Positions 38,001 to 50,760 are shown, numbered from the stretch's first letter. The stretch is 64,000 nt of DNA from Tubulanus polymorphus (GCF_964204645.1 NC_134034.1:10862962-10926961); one strand, 5' to 3'. Notes: generated from the sequence alone by a model not told the origin. Numbers and translations are program-made.

Positions 38001-41000
38001 CGACGCACAAAACGAAAGCGCATCCGTTGCCGCAACTAGGTGGCGGTGACAAATCGGAAAGTCATTCGCCACCAGATGGCGTTGGTGAATCGGAAAACGA
38101 GGCGGGTTTTACGCGGATTAAGCAGGAACCGGTTGAAGCGGACGGGACTAGGAGCGAGGACGAGTCTTGTCGATCGAGCGTCGATTACGACAAACCGAGT
38201 CGCGCCGCCGTAAAAACCGAACCCGGTTCAGAACCGGACGACGAACGAGTTTGGTCCGACGAAGTCGATCGTAAACCGCGTTTAGCATGCGACATCTGCG
38301 GCAAATTGTGCGTGACGAAAATCGGGCTTGCCGTGCACCAACGCCGCGCGCATTTCAAACCGCGTCGCCATCGGAGAACGGTTCTGTCATCCGATCGTCT
38401 GTTCCGGTGTCGCACGTGCGGACGGAAGTTCGCGCATCGAGCGAACTTGAGTCGTCACATGTCGACGGTGCACTCGTCGACGCGGTCGTATCCGTGTAAG
38501 TTCTGTCAGTCTAGTTTCAAAACGAACTCGTCGTTGCAGACGCATTTGTTGACGGTTCACTCGAGCGACCGGCCGTGGGAGTGCTCCGTCTGCCCGCAGA
38601 CGTTCAAACTGAAGGCGACGTTGAAGTCGCATTATCAGACGATACACGTCGCGACGCGCGCGTTCAAATGCACGGAATGCGACAAGTGTTTCAAGTCGCT
38701 CGACGTGCAACGCAGCCACCAGCGTCGCGTTCACGAGGGCCTGCGCCCGTACGCATGCGAACTGTGCGGCAAGCGTTTCAAAACGAAAGTGACGCAGCGC
38801 AATCACGTGTCGACCGTACACTTGAATCTGAAACCGTACGAGTGCACGATTTGCAATCAGAAATTCGGCCTGAAGGCGACGATGACGACGCACATGGCGA
38901 CCGTTCACGACAACCGGCGACCATTCCGGTGCGAGCAGTGCGACCGCGGCTTCAAGAGCAACGACGCGTTGCGGTCGCACATGAAAACCGTACATTCGGT
39001 CGCGCGGCCGTACGTCTGCCTCGTCTGTCATAAAGGCTTCAAATCGAAGAACAGCATGAAAATACACGCGTCGACGGTGCACAGCGATCAACGTTCGTTC
39101 GAGTGTAAAATCTGCGCGAAATCGTTCAAGTTGAAAGCGACGTTGACGACGCACGTCAATCAGGTGCATCTCGGCACGCGTCCGTACGCGTGCGGCGTCT
39201 GCGACAAGCGTTTCTCGATGAAGAACAATCTGACGCGTCACGTCGCCACCGTTCACGAGGGCGCGCGCACGTACGGTTGCAACGTCTGCCGCAAGATGTT
39301 CGCGTCGAAAGGTTCGTTGAACATACACATGTCGTCGGTGCACCTGCAGCTGAAACCGCACCAGTGCAGCGTTTGTAAGAAGAACTTCAGCGCGAAGGTA
39401 ACGTTAACGAAACACGTGCAGGCCGTGCATTTGCGCTTGAAACCGTTTCAGTGTCAGGTTTGCGAGCGTAGCTTCAGTTTGAAAGGCTCGTTGCGCACGC
39501 ACATGAAAGCCGTACATCTCGGACTGCGACCGCATCAGTGTAAAATCTGTTTGAAAAGCTTCAAAATGAACGTGACGTTGACGACGCACATGCGCGCCGT
39601 TCACGAGGGCCTGCGGCCGCACCAGTGCGCCGTCTGCCAGAAGAGTTTCAAATCGAAGATGTGCATGCAGAAGCACGTCGGCGCCGTACACCAACGCCTC
39701 AAACCGTTCAAATGCTCGCACTGCGACAAACAGTTCAGTTTCAAGGGCTCGTTGAACATGCATGTCAAGGCCGTGCACCTCGGATTACGACCGCACGAAT
39801 GCGACATCTGCCACAAACGCTTCAAGATGAACATGTCGATGCAACGTCACATACGCGACGTACACATCGGACTGCGACCGTACCCGTGCGAACTGTGCGA
39901 CAAACGTTTCAAGTCGAAAATGACGATGCAACGCCACGTGGCGAGCGTTCACTACGGCAAGCGTCCGTTCCACTGTCCGAACTGTCCGAAACGTTTCAGC
40001 ATCAAGGGCACGTTGACCAATCACGTGAAGGCCGTGCACCTCGGACTGCGGCCGCACGAGTGCAAAATCTGTCACAAAAGTTTCAAAATGAATTTGACGT
40101 TGCAGACGCACATTCGTGGCGTGCATTTAGGAATACGGCCGTACCCGTGCACGGACTGCGGCAAGGCTTTCAAATCGAAGATGACGTTGCGCAATCATGT
40201 ATCGGCCGTGCACCGACGTCTGCGCCCGTACGAGTGTGAAATCTGCAAGAAGTGTTTCAGTTTCAAGGGCACGTTGACGACGCACGTGTCGTCCGTTCAC
40301 GTCGGGCTGCGGCCGCACGAATGTCGCGTTTGTCAGAAAAGTTTCAAAAGCGTCGAAACGTTGAAGAAGCACACGAGCGCCGTGCACTTGGGCTCGCGGC
40401 CGCACGAGTGCGAACACTGCGGCAAGAAATTCAGCTTCAAAGGCTCGTTGAACGTTCACGTGAAGAGCGTTCATTTAGGAATTCGACCTCACGAGTGCAG
40501 CGTCTGCCAGAAACGCTTCAAATTAAAGGTTTGTGACCAGAGACCTTTTAGTGTAGTTATTACTAGGGTTCTTACAGAGATATCTGGGCTCTTACGGATC
40601 AGGGGAATCTGGGTTCTTACGGATCCAGGGAATCTGGGTTCTTACGGATCCAGGGAATCTGGGTTCTTTCGGATCCAGGGAATGTGGGTTCTTATAGATC
40701 AGAGAAATCTGGGTTCTTACGGATCAGGGGAATCTGGGTTCTTATGGATCCGGAAAATCTGGGTTCTCACGGATCCAGGGGAATCTGGGTTCTTACGGGT
40801 CAGGGGAATCAGGCTCAGTTACTGAATTCCATATTAATTTTTTTCATTTGAGAATTTGAATTTCAGAGTAGACAATTTTGACAATCTACTCTCCATAGAT
40901 CGAAATAGTCGAATACTTAATTAGGAATTTAAGATAATTTGATCAATGGTCAATAATTCTGCTGTTTGAAATATTGCATAATGAACTTATTACAATTGTT

Positions 41001-42030
41001 TGGTCAAATTCAACTAATGAAGATATTTCTTTTTTTCAAACAGGTGACCTTGACAACGCACATGCAGACGGTTCATTTCGATTATAGGCCGTTTCGATGC
41101 GAGGTCTGCGACAAGAGTTTCAAGATGAAGTCGACGTTGACGACTCACATGTCGACTGTTCACCTCGGCGTACGACCGCACCTGTGCAAGGTCTGTCACA
41201 AAAGTTTCAAATTGAAGGCGACGCTGCAGGCGCATCTGTCGTCGGTGCATCTCGGATTGCGTCCGTACCGATGCGAGATTTGCGACGGGCGTTTCAGCTG
41301 CAAGACGAATTTATCGCGTCACATGTCGACCGTCCACCAGGGGGCGAAGCCGTACCAGTGCGAGATTTGTAAAGCGACATTCGGCTTGAATAGTAACCTA
41401 CGGCGGCACATGTTCAGCGTACACGCCGGTCTGAGACCGTTTAAATGCGAACACTGCGATAAAACTTTCAGTATGAAAGAAACGTTAAAAATGCACACGT
41501 CTGCCGTACATTTGAAATTAAAACCGCACCAGTGCGCCATCTGTCAGAAATGCTTTTCGATCAAATCTTCGTTGAAAGTGCATTTAGAGACCGTTCATCA
41601 AGGCGCGCGTCCGTACAAATGCGAGATCTGTCAGCAGACGTTCGGACAAAAAAGTAACCTCGATCGCCATGTGATTTCTATTCATGCCTCTGGTGGCGCT
41701 AGTCGTCGTTCTAGCGCGGCAGCGGAGACGACGCCGCGAAAACGACATCGGTGTAAACTGTGTCCGAAACGTTTCGCGAAAAAGAGCCAACTCGATCGCC
41801 ACGTCGACAACTTTCATCAGTTCGAGGATTCCGAAGTTGAAAAGGAGGAGACTGAGGATGAAGAGCAGGACGACGAGGACTTCGCGATCGAGGGGGATGA
41901 GGAAAATGAGATTCCGATGAAAAGGATGAAATTCGACGAGCGGCAGACAGATTTTTCACCGGCAGCAGACGACAGCGATATGGAACTGATCGTCAAGGTC
42001 GAACAAATCGAAGCGGATGATTCCGTTTGA
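35067..42030 (+). CDS. Large C2H2 zinc-finger protein (ZNF-A), ~2095 aa, ~43 fingers, three coding exons (35067-35688, 35850-40528, 41044-42030)
   Basis: Phase-1 and phase-0 GT-AG introns join the three ORFs in frame; the second junction rebuilds a finger (CSVCQKRFKLK|VTLTTHMQTVH). N-terminal coiled-coil-like segment, ~10 dispersed fingers among acidic regions, ~32 contiguous CX2C-X12-HX4H fingers, then a final finger and acidic tail. Confidence 0.9.
37066..37350 (+). repeat. Coding 21-bp repeats (ADEDVGG x2, ADGLKEP x~11) in ZNF-A
   Basis: GCAGACGGATTAAAAGAACCA units. Confidence 0.9.
40565..40812. repeat. 25-bp intronic minisatellite (GGAATCTGGGTTCTTACGGATCCAG), ~10 copies
   Basis: Inside the last intron of ZNF-A. 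Confidence 0.9.
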
Positions 42031-43754
42031 AACAGACGCTTATAATCAATCAGATGAATAAATATTATCATCAATAATAATAGTAATAATTATTATGATT
42101 TTATTTTGAATAAAAGAAAAAGCTAATGTTTTATATTGATTATATAGAAGAAGAATTGATAGAATTGATAGAAACTTAATCGATTGAATCAATGTAATAA
42201 TCGGGCAACGAATTAACTGTTGAGATTATGATGAATTGTTATTTAACAATATAAAACGAATTCAATGGAATTTAGAAATTCTTATCAGGAATGAAAACAA
42301 AAAGAAATAGTTAACAATCAGCATTTTCTAGACTTGTCATCAGGAATCATGAATCATGTGTATTTATAGGTTTATATTTGAGATTCGGACTCAAATACAA
42401 AAATAGTCACTCTGTGGCATTTTCAGGGTTAGTAAAACAAAACAAAAAAAACGGGGTGGGTGAATGTTCGAATTCTGAAGTTTCCAATGAAAATAAATTG
42501 CATTTTAACGTTATATGTAAATAATAGTGGCATTGCTCCGTGCGTGTACCGTGTAAATATGGCTGTAAATCTCGGTAACCATTTTAAATGGGAATTTTTG
42601 TTTTATTCCGCCACGGCAAAAATGCTTTGTATTAGATTTTATGTCCTTGTCGTCGAACGCATTTTCCAAAACCGAAAAATTAGAAAGTTTGAAGAAGACT
42701 ATATTGGCAGGGGAATAGAAGAGGGGAGGTTTGTATTTCTTGAACGTGTTATGTTTGCAGGGTTCTTGCGGGTTTTGGAAAATTGGAATTTTTTCCAAGC
42801 CCTTGAAAAGCTATAGGAATTTTTTTTTCTCTATGGCAACCGCAATGGAAAAAGTATGAAAAATCAGAAAATAGTTTCAAAAGAAGGTTTTTCTTCTATT
42901 TTGTATTTTAGGCTATATATGCCTAAATGTCATACTACACATTTGATAACAAACTTAATGAAAATACTTATGTCGATGGTATTGATAATTGGCTCTTATT
43001 TACTTTGAATGGGCCTATGTTGCCTGTTCTAGGTTTGCGATAGTAACTTGGTGGTCTGGAAAATTTATAATCTAGCTATGGAAAAGTTATAAGAATTGAA
43101 ATTGGGAAACTCGCAAGAACCCCGTAAGAATTTCCCCTTGGAAATACCTTTTAACCACCTTTAACATAAAACCTGGTAACAAGCTAAAGCTAGTTCTGTT
43201 GAACTAGAGTAGTTTTTTTAAACTGATAATTTTTACCAGGAATATTGATTGATTGAATGACTTCGTAGATTACAACGAAAATTATGTTATAGATTTATTT
43301 GTTTTAGCGCGTGATAAAAAATATGTGTCTCTTCACTGAAAACTCAATTCGTACTTAAATATGTAAAAAATTGTGATCCCTTTCTCTGCATTTTTCTCGA
43401 TAATCAAATGTTGTCTTTTTTCAACGACTCAATATTTTGCTCTTGTCCGTAACTAGATTATAGGAATAAGATTTTCCATTTCTTTTGAAAAATGAACTGC
43501 TCTGTAGATGAGAAAGTATTAATACATTATTTCACGGTGTGTTGTATATGTCGTCTGCTGTATTCCTCATTTTCTACATGAAATAAAAACATATGACTTA
43601 GAACTCAATTCAATTATTGTTTTCTATGATGATTGTTGTTGTGGCGGTGAAGAATCTCTGGGGGTAATTACCACACGAGTAAATTTCGCAGAGAACTTGT
43701 CACCAATATCAATAACCAGCCCCAATATCCCTGTATATGGACATTTTTTATACT

Positions 43755-43856
43755 GGACCAAGTTCCACAGGTCTGTGTAAAGATCTGAGTTAACTAATTG
43801 GAAATGAACTAATTTTGACTCGAGAGTTAACCCTAACCTGACTGGAACTGGGTCCA
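43755..43856. mobile_element. ~100-bp palindromic MITE family (GGACCCAGTTCCACAG...TGGAACTGGGTCC); relatives at ~4573-4671, ~20859-20934, ~28529-28642
   Basis: Shared TIR and internal GAAATGAACTAA-like core in several copies. Confidence 0.6.
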
Positions 43857-44057
43857 GGGAAGGGGGTTTCGAAGTCAGTAAACTAGTCAAATCCCTGTGG
43901 TTGTTGCGGTCCAATAAACTTTATATTCTACACACGTGTAATAATACTTGTTCCGTCCTAGACTCTATTACTGCAGAAACCAATCGTTTGCTATAGCCAA
44001 GAACTATAACAAAACTATTCCGTTATAGTTCTACATTTAAGGTGTGATAAAATGTCG

Positions 44058-44338
44058 GGACTCGAACCCATATTGATGAGTTGCTCCAATCTGACATTTA
44101 GGTCAATGGTGCTGCTGCTGAGTCTGGGAATGTTGGTAATTTCTCCCTTAGATTTGGTGCCCTTTTCTTCTTGTCATTAAGTTGAGCGGATCCTTCTATA
44201 AGACAAGTCATTCCCCAAGCAAGGAAGGAAGGCACGCAAGTGAAACATCGACACCATCGATTTACTGCTCTCACACACTGTCTAATTCAGCGCAGGTAAA
44301 AGACGTTAGTGAACCGATCCTCGATACAAAATGGCGGC
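44058..44338. promoter_or_regulatory. Putative ZNF-B promoter: B-box (44058-44068), candidate first-exon donor (44296), YY1-type CAAAATGGCGGC (44327-44338)
   Basis: GGACTCGAACCCATATTGATGAG matches the cluster element but lacks the CTCF-like half. An NRF1-type palindrome TGCGCATGCGCA lies at 44788-44799. Confidence 0.45.
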
Positions 44339-44404
44339 TTTTTCAACCGTAGTAGAAAATAGATCTCATCTACGACTACGGGTCCTAAAAATGAGGCTGG
44401 TCCA

Positions 44405-44660
44405 AAGGGTTAAGTTTAGGGTCTAGAGGGTAGGGTTAGGATTAGGTGCGATTCAAGAATAGGGGACTATAGCAATAGGGCCTATATATGTAGTGATAGT
44501 AATCAATTAAGTAATAATATTAGTAATTGATAATGATGATATATAATGATAGTAATGTATATAGTAATTAATGATGATTAGGGAACTAAACCTAACCCTA
44601 ACCCTAATCCTAACTTCTAGTCCCCTATTCTTGAATCTTGATTAGAGTAAAGGGTTAAAA
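44405..44660. repeat. Inverted-repeat element with TTAGGG-like tracts and an AT-rich spacer
   Basis: GATTCAAGAATAGGGGACTA (44449-44468) pairs with TAGTCCCCTATTCTTGAATC (44618-44637); GGGTTAGG and CCTAACCCTAACCCTAA tracts. Confidence 0.6.
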
Positions 44661-45495
44661 AAATCGATATATTCAATTCGTTCCGGCTGGATGGCTGGAT
44701 CGGCTAGAATGTTGTGCTATCACTCGCGTGTTTACGAACCTTGATTTTTGCAAAAATTACTTAGAAATTTTATAAGTTCAGCAAAATTGCGCATGCGCAG
44801 TGGAGAAGCGCCGACTGGTTATTGTAAGTAACATCAACTGTCACTCTACGGTGAAATCCTTCCATTCTCTCTGACGATTCTAGGACAATTGCCCCCCGGA
44901 CAATTGCCTCCCGAATAAAATCCTTTTTGATTTGGATTAACACCACCTAAATACTTAACTGAGAAATTCATTTGAATATAGATTTATAAGATATAGAATT
45001 ACTGATGCTGTGTGCAGATCAAAAACTTTAAATCAGTCCTTGTGTAATTACCAAATTAAAGGAAACTTAATAAGTCCACTTAGTGCATTAGTTAACGTTG
45101 GCTGATTTATTGGAATTAGTTTTAGTGTTACTTTAGCCAATCAAAAACTCTAAAGCAGTCCTAGAGTAAATAGCTAGAATTAGTTCACTTTGTCTAGTTA
45201 ATTTGAAGTAAATATCTGTGTTACTTTAAGATTAAAAAGATTTAATTTGGGGGGCAATTGTGCTGATTCCCTCTCTGACGACACCACAGATTGCAAATCT
45301 TTTATAATTCTGTTTATTTTCTATAGGTTGATTGAACAGCGCGTTGGATTACCGGTAACCTGTTTGTCGAATGTCCACCAGCAGGGGTCGAAGGTGGAGA
45401 TCACCAGTTGGCTCCAGCAGCAGTATACCTTGTACACCGTGATTTGAGTCCGTTCAAAGCAATCATCGCGATCAAACCTGTCATTGACGTTAAAC

Positions 45496-48400
45496 ATGTC
45501 TGCCACATATTTAGAATTCAAGCCGTATCAGTGTGCCATCTGTCAGGGTGACTTCCTATCGAAATCAGATTTGAAACAACACGTAGACACCGCACATGAA
45601 GGCGCTCAACTTCATGTATGTGAATACTGTTGGCAGACGTTTAAAGAAAAGATTGATCTGAATACGCACTTGTCGATCATGCACCAGGGCCACGGAGAGA
45701 AGCCGTTCCCGTGCGAGGTCTGTGGAAAGAGATACAATCTGAATTCTAACCTACAGCGACACATGTCACTTGGACACCCGAATCTATCAGGATTTAAGTG
45801 TGATCATTGCTATAAAACATTTCGTTTGAAACCATACTTAAAACAGCACGTGGCTCGTGTTCATTCTAATTCCAAGCTGCACCAATGCGCCATCTGTCAG
45901 AGAACATTCAAACTAAGGCTTAGTCTAACTCGCCACATGATTGCCGTCCACCAGGGGGCGAATTTGTTTCAGAGTGAGGACTGTGAAAATAATCCACAGC
46001 AGCAGACGCCTGTTGAATGCCCCATTCTACATCCGTTGAAATGTGATCACTGCAATAAAGCTTTTAGCCAGAAAAGATATTTAAAACAGCACGTGGCTCG
46101 TGTTCATTCGAATTCCAAGCTGCACCAATGCGCCATCTGTCAGAAAACATTCAAACTAAGGCGTAGTCTAACTCGGCACATGATTTCTGTCCACCAGGGG
46201 ACGAATTTGTTTCAGAGTGACGACTGCGAAAATAATCTACAGCAGGAGGCGCCAGTTGAACAGCCCGGTCAGGACTGGGAAAATAATCCACAGCAGCCGA
46301 CGCCCGTTGAACAGCCCGGTCAGGACTGGGAAAATAATCCACGACAGCAGACGCCCATTGAACAGCCCGGTCCACATCCATTGAAATGTGATCATTGCGA
46401 TAAAACTTTTAGCCAGAAAAGATATTTAAAACAGCACGTGGCTCGTGTTCATTCAAATTCCAAGCTACACCAATGCGCCATCTGTCAGAAGACATTCAAA
46501 CAAAGGTTTAGTCTAACTCGGCACATGATTTCCCTCCACCAGGGGGCGAATTTGTTTCAGAGTGAGGACTACGAAAATAATCCACGGCAGCAGACGCTAG
46601 TTGAACAGCCCGGTCAGAACTGGGACAATAATCCACGGCAGCAGACGCCAGTTGAACAGCCCGGTCAGGACTGTGAAAATAATCCACGGCAGCAGATGCC
46701 TGTTGAACAGCCCGGTCAGGACTGTGAAAATAATCCACTGCAGCAGACGCCAGTTGAACAGCCCGGTCCACATCCATTAAAATGTGATCACTGCAATAAA
46801 ACATTTCGTCTGAAAAGAAATCTAAAACTGCACACATCTCGCGTTCATTTGAAATTAAAGCCGCACCAGTGCGCCATCTGTCAGAAGTATTTCGCGATAA
46901 AACCTGAATTAAAATTACACGTGGATATCATACACAAAGGCGCTCGACCGTATGAGTGCAAAATCTGTCGGCAGAAGTTCAGATATAGGCATGTTCGAAA
47001 TCGGCACACTATTACTGTCCACCAGGTGGCGAATACATTGGCAAGGGAGGAGAATGGAAGTTCCATCGATTCAAACTGTGAATTGAAACAGCACACATCT
47101 CGCGTTCATTTGAAATTAAAACCGCACCAATGCGCCATCTGTGAAAAACGTTTCCCAGTCAAATCTGTATTACAAAGACACGTGAAGGCCGTACATGAAG
47201 ACGCTCGGCCGTATAAATGTGAAATCTGTCAGCAGACATTCAAACAAGAGAGTTATCTAAATCGACACACTATTGGTGTCCACTGTGGGGCGGAACCGTT
47301 TCTGAGCAAGGACCTTGAAAAGGATCTACAGCAGCAGACGTCAGTTGAACAGCCTGGTCCACATCCGTTTAAATGTGAACACTGCGATAAAGCTTTCAGT
47401 CGGAAGCAAAATTTAATACGACATACAGCTCGGGTACATTTGAAAGTAAAGCCGCATCAATGCGCCATCTGTGGGAAATGTTTCGCGATGGAGACTGATT
47501 TGAAACGACACGTGAGGGTCGTACACGAAGGCGCGCGACCGTACAAGTGCAAAATCTGTCGACATACGTTCAAGCAAAAAGTAAGTCTAAATCGGCACTT
47601 GATTTCTGTCCACCAGGGGGCGATTATGTTTCAGAGCGAGGACTCTGAAAAGGATCTACAGCAGCAGACGACTGTTCAACAGCCCGATCTACATCGGTTT
47701 GAATGTGATCGCTGCGATAAAACGTTCAGATCGAGAGTGAATTTAAGACTGCACACGTCTCGCGTTCATTTGAAATTAAAGCCGCACCAATGCGCCATCT
47801 GTCAGAAATGTTTTGCGATGAAGACTGAATTGAAAAGACATGCGAAAGCCCTTCACGAAGGCGCTCAACCGTATGAATGCAAAATCTGTCCGCAGAGGTT
47901 CAAGCAAAAAGTAATTCTAAAACGCCACATGATTTCTGTGCACCAGGGGGCGAATACGTTCCAGAACGAGGACTCTGAAAAGGATCGCGTTAAATGTGAT
48001 CAATGCGATAAAACGTTTCTTCTGAAAAAATATTTAAAACAACACAAGTCTCGTGTTCATTTGAAATTAAGGCCGCACCAGTGCGCCATCTGTCTGAAAT
48101 GTTTCCTAGTAAAATCTGAATTTAAAAGACACGTGGCGATTGTTCACGAAGACGTTCGACCGTACGAGTGCAAAATCTGTCAACAGATGTACAAGCAAAG
48201 AGTAAATCTAAGAAATCACATGATTTCTGTCCACCCGGGGGCAAATACGCTCCTGAGCGCGGACCGTCAAAAGATACAGCTGCACACGTCAGACGAACAG
48301 CCCAGACGATGTGGGTTTAAATGTGACCACTGCCTTAAAGCTTTCAGTACGAAAGAAGCGCTAAACTTGCACACATCTGCAGCACATCCGAAATTGAAAC

Positions 48401-49674
48401 GGCGCCAGTGCACCATCTGTCAAAAAGATTTCACATTGAAATCTGTTTTGAACAAACATGTGGCAATCGTACACGGAGGCACCCACCCGCATAAGTGTAA
48501 ATACTGTCCACAGGCATTTGGACAAGAGGTTGATTTGAAGGAGCACTTTTCAATGGTTCACCAGCGGTACCAGTGCGAGATTTGTAAAAGCTGTTTCAGT
48601 CAGAAAAGAAACCTGAAGTTGCACGTAATGGTCACCCACGAAGGTGTACGTGCGTTTGAATGCGAGCGCTGCGATAAAACATTCGGTACGAAAACCAGTT
48701 TAAAACGGCACATGTCTGGAGTTCATTTAAAATCAAAGATGCGCCGTCGCGTCATCTGCCCGCAACGTTTCACCGCTATTAAATCGGCGTTGAATAAAGG
48801 CGTCTCACCGCATAAACGCGAAGTCTCTCAACAGACCATCGCAAGAAAGTTCGTAAATTCAGATGGGCACATGGTTTCACACCAAAGCACCGGTGGCGCT
48901 ACTAGTCATCATTCTAGTGCGAATAAATGTGAAATGTGCCAGAAATCGCTTTCGATAAAAGATATTCTGTATCGACATGCTCGTGCATCTCTGTGTGAAT
49001 TATGTTCGCGCAAGAATTCCCTGAATCGCCATACGGCTGAGGCAAAGAAAAACCTGCCCCAGTGCGGCACCTGTCAGAAAAGCTTTGCAAATAGATTTAA
49101 TTTGAAAACGCACATCAGGTTCGTACATGAAGGCGTTCGACCGTTTAAATGTGAATTTTGTCAGCAGAAGTTTACGCGAAAGAGTATTTTGATTTCACAC
49201 ATGGCTGCGTTCCATCCGGGGGAAAAACTCTACCAGTGCGAGGTCTGTAATAAGAGTTTCGGTCAGAAGGGAACCTTGAGGCAACACGTAAGGACCGTAC
49301 ACGACGGCGTACGTCAGTTTAGCTGCGATTATTGCGATGAAAGATTCAGTACAAGAGGACATTTGAACGCGCACATCGACGTACATTTGAAATTAAAATC
49401 GCACCAGTGCGCCCTCTGTCAAAGAAGTTATTCAGTCGAATCATCGTTGAAAAGACATTTAGAAATCGTACATAGGCCTAAAGTCTTTCAACGGTATAAA
49501 TGTGAAATCTGTCAGCAGAGATTTGTACTAAATAGTAGTCTAAATACGCACATGCGAGCAGTTCATGCGACTGGTGACTCGTATAACAGTCAGATGTCTT
49601 ACAAATTATTACTAATATGCGAGAAATTTATCAATGATAAAGTGTCTGGCTTTACACAGTCGCATGTTTCATAA
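45496..49674 (+). CDS. C2H2 zinc-finger protein (ZNF-B), ~34 intact fingers plus several degenerate ones; C-terminal tail lost
   Basis: Single long ORF; first in-frame ATG at 45496, splice acceptor at 45326. Repeating FKCDHC/HQCAIC/YECKIC modules; the final finger decays into a frameshift at about 49600. Confidence 0.85.
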   Translation: MSATYLEFKPYQCAICQGDFLSKSDLKQHVDTAHEGAQLHVCEYCWQTFKEKIDLNTHLSIMHQGHGEKPFPCEVCGKRYNLNSNLQRHMSLGHPNLSGFKCDHCYKTFRLKPYLKQHVARVHSNSKLHQCAICQRTFKLRLSLTRHMIAVHQGANLFQSEDCENNPQQQTPVECPILHPLKCDHCNKAFSQKRYLKQHVARVHSNSKLHQCAICQKTFKLRRSLTRHMISVHQGTNLFQSDDCENNLQQEAPVEQPGQDWENNPQQPTPVEQPGQDWENNPRQQTPIEQPGPHPLKCDHCDKTFSQKRYLKQHVARVHSNSKLHQCAICQKTFKQRFSLTRHMISLHQGANLFQSEDYENNPRQQTLVEQPGQNWDNNPRQQTPVEQPGQDCENNPRQQMPVEQPGQDCENNPLQQTPVEQPGPHPLKCDHCNKTFRLKRNLKLHTSRVHLKLKPHQCAICQKYFAIKPELKLHVDIIHKGARPYECKICRQKFRYRHVRNRHTITVHQVANTLAREENGSSIDSNCELKQHTSRVHLKLKPHQCAICEKRFPVKSVLQRHVKAVHEDARPYKCEICQQTFKQESYLNRHTIGVHCGAEPFLSKDLEKDLQQQTSVEQPGPHPFKCEHCDKAFSRKQNLIRHTARVHLKVKPHQCAICGKCFAMETDLKRHVRVVHEGARPYKCKICRHTFKQKVSLNRHLISVHQGAIMFQSEDSEKDLQQQTTVQQPDLHRFECDRCDKTFRSRVNLRLHTSRVHLKLKPHQCAICQKCFAMKTELKRHAKALHEGAQPYECKICPQRFKQKVILKRHMISVHQGANTFQNEDSEKDRVKCDQCDKTFLLKKYLKQHKSRVHLKLRPHQCAICLKCFLVKSEFKRHVAIVHEDVRPYECKICQQMYKQRVNLRNHMISVHPGANTLLSADRQKIQLHTSDEQPRRCGFKCDHCLKAFSTKEALNLHTSAAHPKLKRRQCTICQKDFTLKSVLNKHVAIVHGGTHPHKCKYCPQAFGQEVDLKEHFSMVHQRYQCEICKSCFSQKRNLKLHVMVTHEGVRAFECERCDKTFGTKTSLKRHMSGVHLKSKMRRRVICPQRFTAIKSALNKGVSPHKREVSQQTIARKFVNSDGHMVSHQSTGGATSHHSSANKCEMCQKSLSIKDILYRHARASLCELCSRKNSLNRHTAEAKKNLPQCGTCQKSFANRFNLKTHIRFVHEGVRPFKCEFCQQKFTRKSILISHMAAFHPGEKLYQCEVCNKSFGQKGTLRQHVRTVHDGVRQFSCDYCDERFSTRGHLNAHIDVHLKLKSHQCALCQRSYSVESSLKRHLEIVHRPKVFQRYKCEICQQRFVLNSSLNTHMRAVHATGDSYNSQMSYKLLLICEKFINDKVSGFTQSHVS
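46225..46770 (+). repeat. Coding 48-bp linker repeats (QDWENNPQQPTPVEQPG-like) in ZNF-B
   Basis: Two runs of 3 and 5 units between finger pairs. Confidence 0.85.
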
Positions 49675-50599
49675 ACAACCTAAACAGATGAATTATAACT
49701 ACCATTATATTTCGTATAAATTCTCTTATCATCTAGATTCTATTGAAAAACTCACTTCCCATGGTTTGGAGGGTTTTAAAAGTAGATGTAATCTCTAAAA
49801 TGGTCGCTTTTAATTTCGTATAGTTAGACCAAGCAGGTCCATTCTTTTTCTCAAGGAACTATTCTAGGTGGACTCTGGAACAGGCCAGTCTAAAATCTCT
49901 ACTTACTGCAAAAGGTTATTTAAACAAGCCTAGAATATGTTAATGACAAAATTTTACAAATAATACTCTTTGAATGTTAATCCTTAAACTAACTGGTAAA
50001 GTACACGTAGTTTATCCCCATATATTATTGGCATACATGTAACGATATATCACTTGAACAGCTATTTTCCATCTTAGCTAGCCAGGGTTTGATTGCTGCC
50101 CACTGGAGCTAACGCCAACCCTGGATCACAGAAGAAATTTTGGGTGATGCAATAGACCAATGAAGGGTTTGCTAAGGGTTTGCCAACAAGAAATCTTGGG
50201 TGGTGTAATAAACCAATGCAACCAGGGTTTGTGATGGCGTGAGCTTCAGCGGGAGGCAATCAAACCCTGGCAAGCGAGGATCAATGCTATTTTCTGACGC
50301 AAAAAAATTCACATATGTCTTGTACAACGCATTTGATAAATCTTGTGAAATTTTTATTTTATATTAAATCGCTTGAATTGTGTACTTACTTTGAACAAAT
50401 AATGCATGAATGTATGCTCTATTAACGTTTATATATATTTTATTACTTTGTTTATTATATGCATCCCTCTAATGTTTATTACCTTAATGTAGTTTAAGAA
50501 TTAAACTCCTTAACTTGAAAATTTGGTGTAATAATTATTCTGTTTGAAAAGTTTCTAATAACTGTATTCACTGGAATCACCATGTTGTGACAGATATGC

Positions 50600-50760
50600 T
50601 CCTCACCGGTTTCAAAAAGATTAAGTTTGAGGTGCACAGTTTCTGAGACATGAGGAGAAAACAAAGACGAAGACTGACTGTGAGGGCGGGCACAGTTCCA
50701 GAGAGGTTGAATCAGATTCTGATACTGACTCGGTCATAATAGAGGAGGTGAAGACATACA
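50600..50760 (+). pseudogene. Orphan relic of a zinc-finger gene acidic tail (probably the detached 3' end of ZNF-B)
   Basis: Contains TTGAATCAGATTCTGATAC and GAGGAGGTGAAGAC, matching the tails of ZNF-D and ZNF-F; no ORF. Confidence 0.5.

Noticed and set aside
40529-40825. C-terminal 98 aa of the 1665-aa ORF (GIWVLTDPGNLGSYG repeats)
   Set aside because: Read-through into an intronic 25-bp minisatellite; splicing at 40528/41044 rebuilds a complete finger.
44430-44612. Interstitial telomere
   Set aside because: Only 2-3 TTAGGG-like units, embedded in an inverted-repeat element.
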